NCBI GenBank assembly: GCA_012841145.1
Contig: DUVH01000009.1
Span: forward strand, 25,296 to 89,295
Reading direction: 5' to 3'
Source of the DNA: Clostridiaceae bacterium
Lineage (GTDB): Bacteria > Bacillota > Clostridia > Saccharofermentanales > DTU023
DNA: 64,000 nt
The notes beneath the pieces were generated by a model. It saw nothing but the letters and a program-made list of their open reading frames with translations. It was not told the origin of the DNA and searched no databases. How positions within the stretch are numbered: the stretch's first letter is position 1; every line of letters begins with the position of its first letter. The translations under genes were made by a program, and so were the position numbers. Positions 1 to 9,641 of this stretch are shown piece after piece.

Positions 1-378
1 TCTAAACTTCGAAGAGGTTCTTACGATGCTGCGCTGCTGATTGATGAAACGTACTTGTTTTTGGATCCTGTCGATTATCTCGAAGGTCTGAATGATGCCG
101 GATTGTTCGATTGGACTCAATATGTCGATGCTGACGATATTGTCACTCTTTTGGAAGCGCAACACCTTGTCTCTTCACCTGAAGGTGAAAATCACGAGGT
201 TTTCTCCGAGAACGCTTACGCCCAAGCGGTATCGCGTATTTTTTCAGCTTTACCCGTTATCGGCATCTCCATACCCGAGACAATGGTATTGTACGGCAGC
301 AATGTGGAAGGAACACTGGCGGGCATTTGGCGCTCACCGTATGAAAATGTGGAGGATCTAATCGTATGGAGGCCATAA
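1..378 (+). CDS. 3' end of an unidentified protein gene (open to the left window edge)
   Basis: Frame 1 has no stop from nt 1 to TAA at 376-378, so the tracked ORF 55..378 is probably only the tail of a longer gene. Its end overlaps the lspA start at 366. No motif recognised. Confidence 0.35.
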   Translation, partial: SKLRRGSYDAALLIDETYLFLDPVDYLEGLNDAGLFDWTQYVDADDIVTLLEAQHLVSSPEGENHEVFSENAYAQAVSRIFSALPVIGISIPETMVLYGSNVEGTLAGIWRSPYENVEDLIVWRP

Positions 379-974
379 TCATTCTGCTTTTGATCGCTTG
401 CGATCAATGGACAAAAGGTTTGGCGGAACGCCTTATCGGCCGGACGGGACATGTAACGGTCATTCCGAATTTTTTTGAATTGCGCCTTACATACAATAAA
501 GGCGCCGCTTGGAGTTTCCTGTCGGATAAGTCGTGGGGGCTTGTCTTCCTTTGTATTATTTCGCTTCTCATTACGGTAGCGCTTCTCTATGTACTCAAAC
601 ATACGACGGGGAAGCGCTTGAGATTCGTCTTGATCCTCATCATCTCCGGTAGTGCGGGCAACTTGATTGACAGGTTGCGCGTGGGAGCAGTGGCTGACTT
701 TTTCTCGTTCACTTTTGGAGATTACGTGTTTCCCACGTTTAATGTGGCAGATTCGTTTATTACAGTCGGTACGGCTTTACTTATCATCTTCATCATATTT
801 GACCGGACATTTTTAGACGGACTCTTATCATTGAGACCTGCAAGACGAAGTCACATGGGCGATGAAGATGTGTCGGATGAGTTTTCGGAAGAATGTGAGC
901 ATGAGTCAAGTCAACTTAACGCGCAAAATGTTCCCGAAACAAGGTCGCAGGATCGTTCGGGTGACGGTCGATGA
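366..974 (+). CDS. lspA: Lipoprotein signal peptidase (signal peptidase II)
   Basis: Typical LspA layout: N-terminal LLIACDQWTK, NKGAAWSF box, FNVADS box, four hydrophobic segments. Carries an unusual ~50-aa acidic C-terminal tail. 4-nt overlap with the next gene. Confidence 0.9.
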   Translation: MEAIIILLLIACDQWTKGLAERLIGRTGHVTVIPNFFELRLTYNKGAAWSFLSDKSWGLVFLCIISLLITVALLYVLKHTTGKRLRFVLILIISGSAGNLIDRLRVGAVADFFSFTFGDYVFPTFNVADSFITVGTALLIIFIIFDRTFLDGLLSLRPARRSHMGDEDVSDEFSEECEHESSQLNAQNVPETRSQDRSGDGR

Positions 975-1912
975 TGAGTGATGCCCTGATCATTCAGCCG
1001 GAAGAGTGCGGTGTGAGGCTAGACAAGTTTTTGGCTCTCCGCTTTCCTTCCGTATCGAGAGAGCGATGGCAGTCCCGGATCAGGAACGGACAAGTCACCG
1101 TTAACGACAGAAATGCGGTGCCGTCCCGTAAACTCCGGACGGGCGATCGCGTCGTTGCCGTGCCGCCCGACGAGATCGTTCAGGAAAAACCTGAACCCGA
1201 GTTCATTCCCGTGACTGTTTTGTACGAGGATGAATGGTTTGCAATTGTCGAGAAAGATGCCGGCATTGTCGTACATCCCGGTTTCGGACACGAATCGGGA
1301 ACACTCGTAAACGCTCTTCTTTCCCGTTTTGCCGACAGGCTTTCCGATGCGGGTGGAGATCATCGCCCCGGTATCGTCCATCGCCTCGACAAAGGCACGT
1401 CGGGACTTCTTATCGTCACACTCGATAATCTGGCGCACGCACGTATGGCGCGAGCTTTCCGTGAACGGCATGTCGGGCGATATTATGATGTGATCGTACG
1501 CGGTATACCCGATGCTGAGCGCGGCATGATAGATTTGCCAATCGCACGCGCGAAAGTCGGACGCATGAAAATGGAAGTCCGAGATGACGGGAAACCGTCA
1601 CAGACACGTTTTGAAGTGATGGCATCGGACGCGGAGTTTTCTCATCTGAAATGTCAGCTGATTACCGGACGAACGCATCAGATACGTGTTCATCTCGCTT
1701 ACATAGGTCACCCCGTTGTTGGAGATCTTCTTTATGGCGGGCGTCGAGCGGGGAATGATACATCGGACGATCAGCTCCTTCACGCTTCACGTATAGTGTT
1801 CGACCATCCGATAACAGGTGAGCGCGTCGATGTAAGCAGTCTGCTGCCTGAACGTTTTCAGCCTTTTCTTCAAAGGTTTCAAAACAGTGTCGCCCATGAA
1901 CGCGGGCGATAG
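971..1912 (+). CDS. rluD: RluA/RluD-family 23S rRNA pseudouridine synthase
   Basis: S4-like N-terminus, catalytic-Asp motif HRLDKGTSGLL and GRTHQIRVH motif. Confidence 0.9.
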   Translation: MMSDALIIQPEECGVRLDKFLALRFPSVSRERWQSRIRNGQVTVNDRNAVPSRKLRTGDRVVAVPPDEIVQEKPEPEFIPVTVLYEDEWFAIVEKDAGIVVHPGFGHESGTLVNALLSRFADRLSDAGGDHRPGIVHRLDKGTSGLLIVTLDNLAHARMARAFRERHVGRYYDVIVRGIPDAERGMIDLPIARAKVGRMKMEVRDDGKPSQTRFEVMASDAEFSHLKCQLITGRTHQIRVHLAYIGHPVVGDLLYGGRRAGNDTSDDQLLHASRIVFDHPITGERVDVSSLLPERFQPFLQRFQNSVAHERGR

Positions 1913-1926
1913 AGTATCCTTAACGT

Positions 1927-2652
1927 ATGAATAACTTGAAGTGGAAAAGGATATTCGCCATAGTGGCGTCTCTGCTCATAGGACTCGGGGTCGCGTCTGT
2001 CGTGAAAGACTTGACATCAATGGCCGCGGAAGATGATGTCGGCGCCGAAGTCGTGCGGGCGCGCGAAGAGCTTGCTATAGAGGAAGCGAATTTCAAATCA
2101 CTTCAAATGCAGAACGATCAGCTGGAAGCCCGAAAGAAATTGATTCTCGACAGCTTGAGCGAACAGGGTGTTCTCTCTGAAGCGATCGCTGAGCACGGCA
2201 AGTTTGCTATGATCGCCGGCTTGACCGACGTAAAAGGGCGTGGCGTTGTCATTACGCTGGACGATAAACCTGATTACGATCCGCTGAAAGATCCAATCGA
2301 GTCGGTCATTCATGACAGTACGATCAATTACGTTATTAATATTCTTTGGGCGGGAGGAGCTAGAGCAATTTCTTTCAACGATGTGAGGCTGACAGCCATA
2401 TCGGAGATCAATTGTGTCGGCCCGACGATCCTAACGTATGGCGTCAGGCAGATGCCGCCGTATGTGATCTCCGCCATCGGTCCCGTTGATGATCTCGTCG
2501 AAATCGTGCGGAGCGATTCTTACTTGGCGCGGCTCACGCAAACTGAAATCGGCATCAGACTCAATGTCTCTCAGGAGCCTGAAGTCGTTCTTCCCTCATT
2601 CCTGAAGTCTCGAGACTATTCGCTCTATATGGATCTTCTCGAAACGCCTTAG
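1927..2652 (+). CDS. DUF881-family membrane protein (YlxW/YlxX-like, division-associated)
   Basis: N-terminal TM helix, coiled-coil segment, then the GRGVVITLDD...AGGARAISFND pattern typical of DUF881. Confidence 0.7.
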   Translation: MNNLKWKRIFAIVASLLIGLGVASVVKDLTSMAAEDDVGAEVVRAREELAIEEANFKSLQMQNDQLEARKKLILDSLSEQGVLSEAIAEHGKFAMIAGLTDVKGRGVVITLDDKPDYDPLKDPIESVIHDSTINYVINILWAGGARAISFNDVRLTAISEINCVGPTILTYGVRQMPPYVISAIGPVDDLVEIVRSDSYLARLTQTEIGIRLNVSQEPEVVLPSFLKSRDYSLYMDLLETP

Positions 2653-2688
2653 ACTGAATCGCTACAACCGTTAAATGAGGTGCGAAAT

Positions 2689-3393
2689 ATGAGAAACAAA
2701 AAATTAATGCAATATGGAACGGTCATCGTTGTCTGCATACTTGTCGGTGCAGTCATCGCGCTTCTCATGAAAAATGTCAATGCCTCAGACTTAGGCAGCA
2801 AGAGTTTACAGGAATTGCAGAATCAAATCATCGAGTATCAGCGCAAGAACGAAGAATTGAATAATAGAAACGCACGTTTGTACGACTATATTCGTGAGCT
2901 CGAACGCGGCGAAGGCGAGAGCTATCTTCTTGTCATGGAGGAAAGAGAGAAGTTTGCGACTTTTGCCGGGCTGAGAGCTGTAAAAAACGACGGTGTCGTT
3001 ATCACGCTGTCGCCGATCGGCAACTACATGGTTCAGGACGCGCTCGTCCGTCAGTTTACGAACGAATTGTCCGCGCTCGGCGCACAGGCGATCTCCATCA
3101 ACAACGAACGTAAAGTTACGACGACGGAGATCAGGACGAGCCGCGAGAACATAATGATTAACGGTATTGCGTTCAGCCGATCTGAACCGTTCGAAATTAA
3201 GGCGATCATCAGTCCGACGAAAATTGACAGTTTTGTCGTGCCATACCTGCAATCGGTCAGCGAGAGTATCAAGAAACAGCTCGGTGAAGAATCGGTCGCT
3301 ATCACCGTTCGATCGGAGAAGGAGATTATCATCCCGGCGTTGAGTGAGGATAGGATAGGCTACGCGATGGATCTTCTGGAGCCAGCCGATTGA
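2689..3393 (+). CDS. DUF881-family membrane protein, second paralog
   Basis: Same architecture as the preceding gene (TM, coiled coil, DGVVITLSP...LGAQAISINN). I prefer ATG 2689 (GAGGTG 9 nt upstream) over the tracked GTG 2680. Confidence 0.7.
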   Translation: MRNKKLMQYGTVIVVCILVGAVIALLMKNVNASDLGSKSLQELQNQIIEYQRKNEELNNRNARLYDYIRELERGEGESYLLVMEEREKFATFAGLRAVKNDGVVITLSPIGNYMVQDALVRQFTNELSALGAQAISINNERKVTTTEIRTSRENIMINGIAFSRSEPFEIKAIISPTKIDSFVVPYLQSVSESIKKQLGEESVAITVRSEKEIIIPALSEDRIGYAMDLLEPAD

Positions 3394-3447
3394 GGATTTG
3401 TAACGTTGATTCGAGCCGTAATTTGTCTGACAGGCTATAATGACTAA

Positions 3448-4455
3448 ATGATGGATAAAAATGTGACAGTCTTTGAAAAACATCTCGAATTGGATCACCC
3501 GGATGAAGGCCTCGCGCTCCTCGGTACGTGCAACGGACACGCGGAGATCGTGGGGAAATCGCTCGGCGTCGCGGTCGAGGCGACGGCGACCGGAATCGTC
3601 ATTCGCGGCGATAAGAAAGCCGTTGAAACGGCCGGTCGCATCTATAACCGCCTGCACGAACTTTGCCGCGCAGGCACGGCGCCTGTCACTGAACAGCTGA
3701 TCCGATATCTAGTCGACGCTTCATTACAGGGTGATTTTGCGAGTGCCGAAAAGTTTTCACCGAGTTTAATATGTGTTAACGCAAAGGGACGCCCTATTCT
3801 GAGTAAGACAATCGGTCAACAGAAATACATAGATGCGATTAAGAGCCATGAATTGACATTTGCCATCGGGCCTGCCGGAACGGGAAAAACTTATCTCGCG
3901 GTTGCTATGGCCGTCAAGGCGTTCAGAGCGCACGAGATTTCACGCATTGTTCTGACAAGGCCTGCGATTGAAGCAGGCGAGAACCTCGGATTTTTGCCGG
4001 GCGATCTGCAAAGCAAAGTCGATCCCTATATGCGTCCGCTTTATGATTCGCTCAATGACCTGATGGGTTTTGATGTTTATCAGCGTCATTTGGAACGCAA
4101 TGAGATCGAGATTTCACCGCTTGCGTATATGCGCGGTCGAACGCTTGACGACGCTTTCATTATCCTCGATGAGGCACAGAATACGACGCGCGAACAGATG
4201 AAGATGTTTCTGACGCGTCTTGGGTACAATGCGCGTGCCGTCGTGACAGGCGATATTACGCAGATTGATTTGCCTCAGCGTCGCAGAAGCGGTCTGGCCG
4301 AGGCGGCGAAGTTGCTCGGTTCTCTTGAAGGAGTGACGAGTGTACGTCTTACGGAACGTGACGTCGTTCGAAACCCGCTCGTACAGCGTATTATTCGTGC
4401 ATACGAGAAGGAGGCGTCGCGCGTGAAAGAGGACAGAAGGAGAACGGATCGATGA
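3448..4455 (+). CDS. phoH: PhoH-family ATPase (YbeZ-like)
   Basis: Walker A GPAGTGKTYLAVA, ILDEAQN Walker B, VVTGDITQIDLP motif. Lies in the classic phoH-pgpH-ybeY context. Confidence 0.9.
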   Translation: MMDKNVTVFEKHLELDHPDEGLALLGTCNGHAEIVGKSLGVAVEATATGIVIRGDKKAVETAGRIYNRLHELCRAGTAPVTEQLIRYLVDASLQGDFASAEKFSPSLICVNAKGRPILSKTIGQQKYIDAIKSHELTFAIGPAGTGKTYLAVAMAVKAFRAHEISRIVLTRPAIEAGENLGFLPGDLQSKVDPYMRPLYDSLNDLMGFDVYQRHLERNEIEISPLAYMRGRTLDDAFIILDEAQNTTREQMKMFLTRLGYNARAVVTGDITQIDLPQRRRSGLAEAAKLLGSLEGVTSVRLTERDVVRNPLVQRIIRAYEKEASRVKEDRRRTDR

Positions 4456-6695
4456 AAGGATCAGAGAAGAGAACACGTCTCGCCATCAATACCGCATTTG
4501 TGGTCATCGCGGCTATCGTCATGATCATTACCATCTACATCGGGTCATCTCCAAGACAATACGATTTGCAGATCGGTGACATCAGTTCATACGACATCGC
4601 CGCTCCGCTCGATTTTGCCGACAATGCCGAAACGATGAGACGCGCACTTGAGGAAATGGCGCAGATTCCCAATGTCATGATTCGTTCTGACGCGCTCAGC
4701 AATGAATCTTCTGACGCGATGCGTCAGCTCATGTTGCTTGTCCGCGAGAGACGTGATGCTCTTTACAAGGAACCGTATATTTCAATCATCACCGATCCGT
4801 CGATACCTGACGATCCGACACAAGCGACTCCGGCGGAGGATATTCGGACGCGTCGACCTGACAATCATGAGATCGAAATTGCCGTCTCATCACTCATTTC
4901 GGAAGTCGACCAGACGCTCGGTCTCGTTTTGCCTTCCGGTGAAGCCGACGCGTTAATCAGGATGGAGGATGAGCGGTTTCGCAATTTGAACGCGATCGTC
5001 ATTGCCGAGACGAATGCCGTCACGGTGAAGACACTTGACGATGCCGGCCTTCGATCTGTTATTGAGGAGACGGTCGTGCGCCTTGAGTCGAGCATGGAAT
5101 ATTATCGTGACGACGCTTTTCTTGTCGGTCGCCTGTTGACGCTTGTCATTCGCCCGAACGTGGAATACAACGAAGAAGCGACGGACAAAGCGCGCCAAGC
5201 AGCGTACGATCGTGTGATGAGCGATCCCGTGATGATTAACCGGGGGGCGCGCATTATCAGCCAGGGGGATGTGATCACACCTGAATCGAAGGCGATGCTC
5301 GACGATCTTAACTTGACGGTCGGAACCAGATTTGACTGGCAGCGGCTGGTGTCGATCGCTTTTCTCGTGCTGCTCATCTGTGTGATTGGCGTCATGTTCT
5401 TCAGACGATACGCTTCGGAACTCCTATATTCGACGCCGCGTACGATGATCGCACTTTTGATCGCGATCCTGTTACCGCTCTTTATGGCGGCATATTTATC
5501 GCGTGAGCTGCCTCTATCTTCACCTGTCTATTTCGCCGCCGTTGTCGTCACGGCATATTTCGGCCTGCGCACATCCATCTTTGTCACTTCGCTGCTTATT
5601 GTTTTGATTGCGCCGATGACTTCATTTAATCCGTCGTTTGCGATTGTCGCTTTGACAGGGAGTCTCGTCGCTTCACTCTTCACGAGAGGGACGAGCGGCA
5701 GGCAGGACAATTACGCGCGCATTATTCTCGCTACATCGCTGACGACGGCGACGACGGCTTTTCTGGTCAGTTTCCTGCAGAAGGAGTCGTGGGCTCTAAT
5801 ATCGAGTCACGTGACGCAGGCGACCGTTTCCGGCGCCCTGTCCGTGATTATCGGGATCGGTATTATGCCGCTATTTGAGCTCATTTTCAATACCGTTTCA
5901 CCGCTCCGTCTCATTGAACTGTCGCAGCCCGGACACCCGTTGTTGAAACGTCTTTTCGTAGAAGCTCCGGGCACATCGCAGCATGCGATGATGGTGGCTA
6001 ATCTTGCCGACACGGCGGCGGAGGCGATCGGTGCGGATGCTATGATCGCTCGTGTCGGAGCGTATTTCCACGATGTCGGCAAGCTTGAGGCGCCGCTGAT
6101 GTTTACTGAGAACCAGTCGGGTGAAAATCCGCATGACCATCTCGCGCCTCTTGAAAGCGCGCGTATCATAACAAGGCATCCGGAGGACAGTATGACGATC
6201 GGCAGAAAGTATCGATTGCCGATGCCGCTCCTGCGGATCGCTCAAGAGCACCACGGTTCGACTGTTTTGCAGTATTTTTGGAACAAGGCGTGTCAGGAAG
6301 CCGAGGAGAGGGGGGAGGAACCGCCGCCGATCGATTCTTTCCGTTACAGAACTCCGTTGCCGAGCACGAGAGAGTCGGCGATCGTTATGCTGGCAGACTC
6401 GACTGAAGCGGCGATGCGATCGGAAGGAGTCAAGACGCTTGAGCAGGCTGAACTTCTCATCAAAAATATTATCAAAGACAAGATCGATCAGGAGCAACTC
6501 GTCTCGTCCGGTCTCTCCTTTGCCGATGTTGAGACGATTCTTCAATCGTTCCTTCGCGTATATGCAGGTCACTTCCATGAACGCGTACCCTATCGCTTGC
6601 AAAGGACGAAGAAACAATCGCGCCGATCCTCGGAACGCCAATCGTCCACAAGTTCCGGAAACAGTGATTTGCCGCCTGATAATGTGACACTATGA
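4452..6695 (+). CDS. pgpH: 7TM-receptor / HD-domain protein (PgpH/YqfF-like, c-di-AMP phosphodiesterase family)
   Basis: N-terminal TM plus extracellular region, a seven-helix block (aa ~300-480), and a C-terminal HD domain (HAMMVANLA...FHDVGK...EHHG). Conserved position between phoH and ybeY. Confidence 0.8.
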   Translation: MKGSEKRTRLAINTAFVVIAAIVMIITIYIGSSPRQYDLQIGDISSYDIAAPLDFADNAETMRRALEEMAQIPNVMIRSDALSNESSDAMRQLMLLVRERRDALYKEPYISIITDPSIPDDPTQATPAEDIRTRRPDNHEIEIAVSSLISEVDQTLGLVLPSGEADALIRMEDERFRNLNAIVIAETNAVTVKTLDDAGLRSVIEETVVRLESSMEYYRDDAFLVGRLLTLVIRPNVEYNEEATDKARQAAYDRVMSDPVMINRGARIISQGDVITPESKAMLDDLNLTVGTRFDWQRLVSIAFLVLLICVIGVMFFRRYASELLYSTPRTMIALLIAILLPLFMAAYLSRELPLSSPVYFAAVVVTAYFGLRTSIFVTSLLIVLIAPMTSFNPSFAIVALTGSLVASLFTRGTSGRQDNYARIILATSLTTATTAFLVSFLQKESWALISSHVTQATVSGALSVIIGIGIMPLFELIFNTVSPLRLIELSQPGHPLLKRLFVEAPGTSQHAMMVANLADTAAEAIGADAMIARVGAYFHDVGKLEAPLMFTENQSGENPHDHLAPLESARIITRHPEDSMTIGRKYRLPMPLLRIAQEHHGSTVLQYFWNKACQEAEERGEEPPPIDSFRYRTPLPSTRESAIVMLADSTEAAMRSEGVKTLEQAELLIKNIIKDKIDQEQLVSSGLSFADVETILQSFLRVYAGHFHERVPYRLQRTKKQSRRSSERQSSTSSGNSDLPPDNVTL

Positions 6696-8104
6696 TTGAC
6701 ATAAATTGCTACAATAGACAACGTGTCTACCGGAATCGCGACACGTATCATGTCATGTCCGAGGCTGCCGAACATGTCCTGTATCACGCCCCGTCAATTT
6801 TGAGCTTATTGGAGGACGGCATCGCAGTCTCGTTGGATATCACGCTTGTCGGGCCGAGAGTTATGCGTCGCATCAATCGCGAGCAGCGCGGTATCGATGC
6901 CGAAACGGATGTTCTTTCCTTTCCGAGTCACGAGATGCGCCGGGGCGAGTTTCTGAAGCCTATTGAGGATTGGGAGTTTATTGATGTCGACGGGACTGGC
7001 CGTCCGACACTCGATTTGGGTGAGATGGTTATCGCGCCGATCCGTGTTGACTCGCAAGCGCAGGAGCTGGGACATTCATTCGAGAGAGAGCTTCGCTTCC
7101 TCGTCATTCATGGTGTTTTACATCTTCTCGGTTTCGACCATGAAGATGAGGATGACGAGGCTGAGATGATACGTCGCCAGAAGGAGCTTCTAAGAGATCT
7201 GGAAGAAATTCCGTGCGGTTTCGTCGCTTTGGCGGGACGGCCGAATGTCGGAAAATCGACACTTCTTAACGAAATTGCCGGGCGCACATTGGCGATCGCG
7301 ACGGCCAAGCCGCAGACGACGCGTCATTCTATACGAGGTGTCTATACTGCGGACGACTGTCAGATCGCCTTTATCGACACACCGGGGATTCATCGGCCTA
7401 CAACGGGTCTCGGGAGAGCGATGATGCGCTCTGCCGTTAATTCCATTCATCAGGCTGACGTCGTCGTTCTGATGATCGACGCCGCCTGGCGTCCCGTGAT
7501 CGGTACGGCTGAGCGGCAGGTGATTGAGCAGGCCCGGAAGGACGGAAAACCTATTATCCTTGTTCTCAATAAAGTCGATGCGACGAGGAAAGAAAATGTT
7601 TTGCCGCTCATACAGGCGTACGATAAAGCGTATCAGCTTGATGCGTATGTTCCTTTGTCGGCTAAATTCGGTGACGGGACAGACCGACTTATTGACGAGA
7701 TCAGGCGATTGCTGCCGGTTCAGAGGCGGCTATTTTCTGCAGATGATGAAACGGATCAGACGGAGCGAGTTCTCGTCGGTGAGCTCGTCAGGCGTGAGGT
7801 ACTTTTACAGACCGAACAGGAAATTCCGTATGGAGTGACCGTCATTGTCGAATCATTTGATGAGGATGAAGGCGATCTCGGTCGCTTTGTCGCTATAGAC
7901 GCCGTTATCTTATGTAATAAAGACTCGCACAAGCAGATTCTCATCGGTAAGGGAGGTTCAAAGATCAAGTCGATCGGCATCGCCGCAAGGTCGGCCATCG
8001 AATCGCTTCTGGAGGCGCGTGTTGACCTTTCACTGTTCGTAAAAGTAAGACGAGACTGGCAAAATCGCGCCTATTATCTGCGTGAATCGGGGATACAGGA
8101 TTGA
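6692..8104 (+). CDS. Fusion protein: YbeY endoribonuclease (N-terminal) + Era GTPase (C-terminal)
   Basis: A single uninterrupted 470-aa ORF. It has the YbeY zinc motif HGVLHLLGFDHE at aa ~150, followed directly by Era G1 GRPNVGKSTLLN, G3 DTPG, G4 NKVD and a KH-like C-terminus. Confidence 0.9.
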   Translation: MIDINCYNRQRVYRNRDTYHVMSEAAEHVLYHAPSILSLLEDGIAVSLDITLVGPRVMRRINREQRGIDAETDVLSFPSHEMRRGEFLKPIEDWEFIDVDGTGRPTLDLGEMVIAPIRVDSQAQELGHSFERELRFLVIHGVLHLLGFDHEDEDDEAEMIRRQKELLRDLEEIPCGFVALAGRPNVGKSTLLNEIAGRTLAIATAKPQTTRHSIRGVYTADDCQIAFIDTPGIHRPTTGLGRAMMRSAVNSIHQADVVVLMIDAAWRPVIGTAERQVIEQARKDGKPIILVLNKVDATRKENVLPLIQAYDKAYQLDAYVPLSAKFGDGTDRLIDEIRRLLPVQRRLFSADDETDQTERVLVGELVRREVLLQTEQEIPYGVTVIVESFDEDEGDLGRFVAIDAVILCNKDSHKQILIGKGGSKIKSIGIAARSAIESLLEARVDLSLFVKVRRDWQNRAYYLRESGIQD

Positions 8105-8865
8105 TGAGTACGATCACGACAAAAGCGTTCGTGATGAACTCGTTTCCTTGGAAGGAGAGACATCGTCTCCTGCATCTATTGACTCCTGAGCTCGGACTGA
8201 TTACGGCACTTGCCCCGGCGAGCGAGCGACTGCGAAGTGAAATACGAGCGGCGACACAACTGTTTTCGTTGTCTGAATTTGTGCTGACAGTTAAACAGTC
8301 ACGCTATTCTGTTCGATCAGCTTCTGTCATCGAGTCTTTCATCGCGATTGCCGAAAATCTTGATCGCTTGACGGCTGCATCGCATGCTGCCGAGGTGTTT
8401 ACCGATGTCGCGCGGCATGATGAGCCGAATCGTGCGCTTTTCGAACTCTGGGCATATTGCCTCTACGAAATATCAGTATCGGATTACCCCGTCTTTGTCG
8501 CGCGAATGGCGACATTGCGCCTGATGGTGGAGATCGGTTTAACACCATGTCTTGATTCGTGTGTCCGTTGCCACGGACACGTCGATGAACCGTACCGTTT
8601 CAGTTTTTTAGAAGGCGGACTTCTATGCGGCAAAGAGGAGTTTCGTAAGACTCAGGCTGAATGGACGACGTTGTTTCCGGGTACTTTAGCGCTACTGCGC
8701 CATATAGCATCGGCTCCTTATAAGAGGTTGTTTCGCTTTTATGCATCAGAAGAGACGCGATCAGAGGCTTCTGCTTTTGCAGATCGCTGGCTTGAAGAGC
8801 GTATGGAGAAACGCTACAATCGACTCGAACTCCTCGAGCATAACCCAACTTTTTTATTCAGCTGA
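8101..8865 (+). CDS. recO: DNA repair protein RecO
   Basis: RecO-like OB N-terminus (FVMNSFPWKERHRLLHLLT), a Cys cluster (CVRCHG...LLCGKE), and a position immediately after era as in most Firmicutes. Confidence 0.85.
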   Translation: MMSTITTKAFVMNSFPWKERHRLLHLLTPELGLITALAPASERLRSEIRAATQLFSLSEFVLTVKQSRYSVRSASVIESFIAIAENLDRLTAASHAAEVFTDVARHDEPNRALFELWAYCLYEISVSDYPVFVARMATLRLMVEIGLTPCLDSCVRCHGHVDEPYRFSFLEGGLLCGKEEFRKTQAEWTTLFPGTLALLRHIASAPYKRLFRFYASEETRSEASAFADRWLEERMEKRYNRLELLEHNPTFLFS

Positions 8866-8908
8866 CAGCGCATGAACGCAGGTGAGTGATTTTTTATAGG
8901 AGAATTAT

Positions 8909-9619
8909 ATGGCAGTTTTTCGAAGTGTGTTTGATATTATCGGACCGGTGATGGTCGGTCCTTCGAGCTCGCATACGGCCGGAGCTGTAAGAATCGGCTT
9001 GGCTGCACGATCAATTTTCGGCGAACAGCCTGAGGAAGTCGACATCACATTGTTCGGATCATTCGGTCATACGTATCGCGGTCACGGGACGGATCTGGCC
9101 TTGATCGGCGGATTGCTCGGTCGATCGACCGACAGTGAAGAGATACGTCACGCTCATGAGCTTGCGGAAAAAGAGGGACTGAAAGTCAACATCAAAGTTT
9201 CCGACAGGAACGTCGACCATCCGAATACGGCTCACGTCTTGATGTATTCGGGCGACAGATCTATGAGTATGACGGCGTGTTCGGTTGGCGGAGGCATGAT
9301 CAATATCACGCAGGTCGACGGTTTCAACGTGCGTGTCAGTTTTGATAACCCGACCGTTCTCATTTTTTACCGAGACCGCACGGGGATGATCGCGAGGGTG
9401 ACGCGCATTTTGGCGGATCATACCATCAATGTCAGCAGCATGCAGGTGTCGCGAAAGGAGCTCGGATCGACAGCCCTGATGACGATTGCGACCGACGGGG
9501 TTATTCCGGCAGCTGTTATGGATGAGATCAGATCGATCAAGGAGTTGGGACCGATCATCTCTTTAAGTGAACTTATGCGTGAGCCCGATCATGCTGCGAA
9601 CGACGTACCGGGTGAATAA
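8909..9619 (+). CDS. sdaAB: L-serine dehydratase, iron-sulfur-dependent, beta subunit
   Basis: N-terminus FDIIGPVMVGPSSSHTAGAVRIG plus a C-terminal ACT-like domain. Confidence 0.9.
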   Translation: MAVFRSVFDIIGPVMVGPSSSHTAGAVRIGLAARSIFGEQPEEVDITLFGSFGHTYRGHGTDLALIGGLLGRSTDSEEIRHAHELAEKEGLKVNIKVSDRNVDHPNTAHVLMYSGDRSMSMTACSVGGGMINITQVDGFNVRVSFDNPTVLIFYRDRTGMIARVTRILADHTINVSSMQVSRKELGSTALMTIATDGVIPAAVMDEIRSIKELGPIISLSELMREPDHAANDVPGE

Positions 9620-9641
9620 TAAGTGTTTGGAGGTATTGTTA

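Noticed and set aside
2806-3657. 283-aa minus-strand ORF across the second DUF881 gene and the phoH start
   Set aside because: It is antisense to two well-supported genes. The translation is Arg/Asp-rich with no motif, typical of the reverse frame of GC-rich coding DNA. The same reasoning applies to 5898..6641, 10260..10898, 37840..38508, 43679..44233, 49504..50655 and 58469..59116.
9567-9641. Tracked upstream start of sdaAA, extending 25 codons into sdaAB
   Set aside because: The extension (MNLCVSPIMLRTTYRVNNKCLEVLL) has no homology to the serine dehydratase alpha N-terminus. ATG 9642 has a GGAGG at the correct distance.
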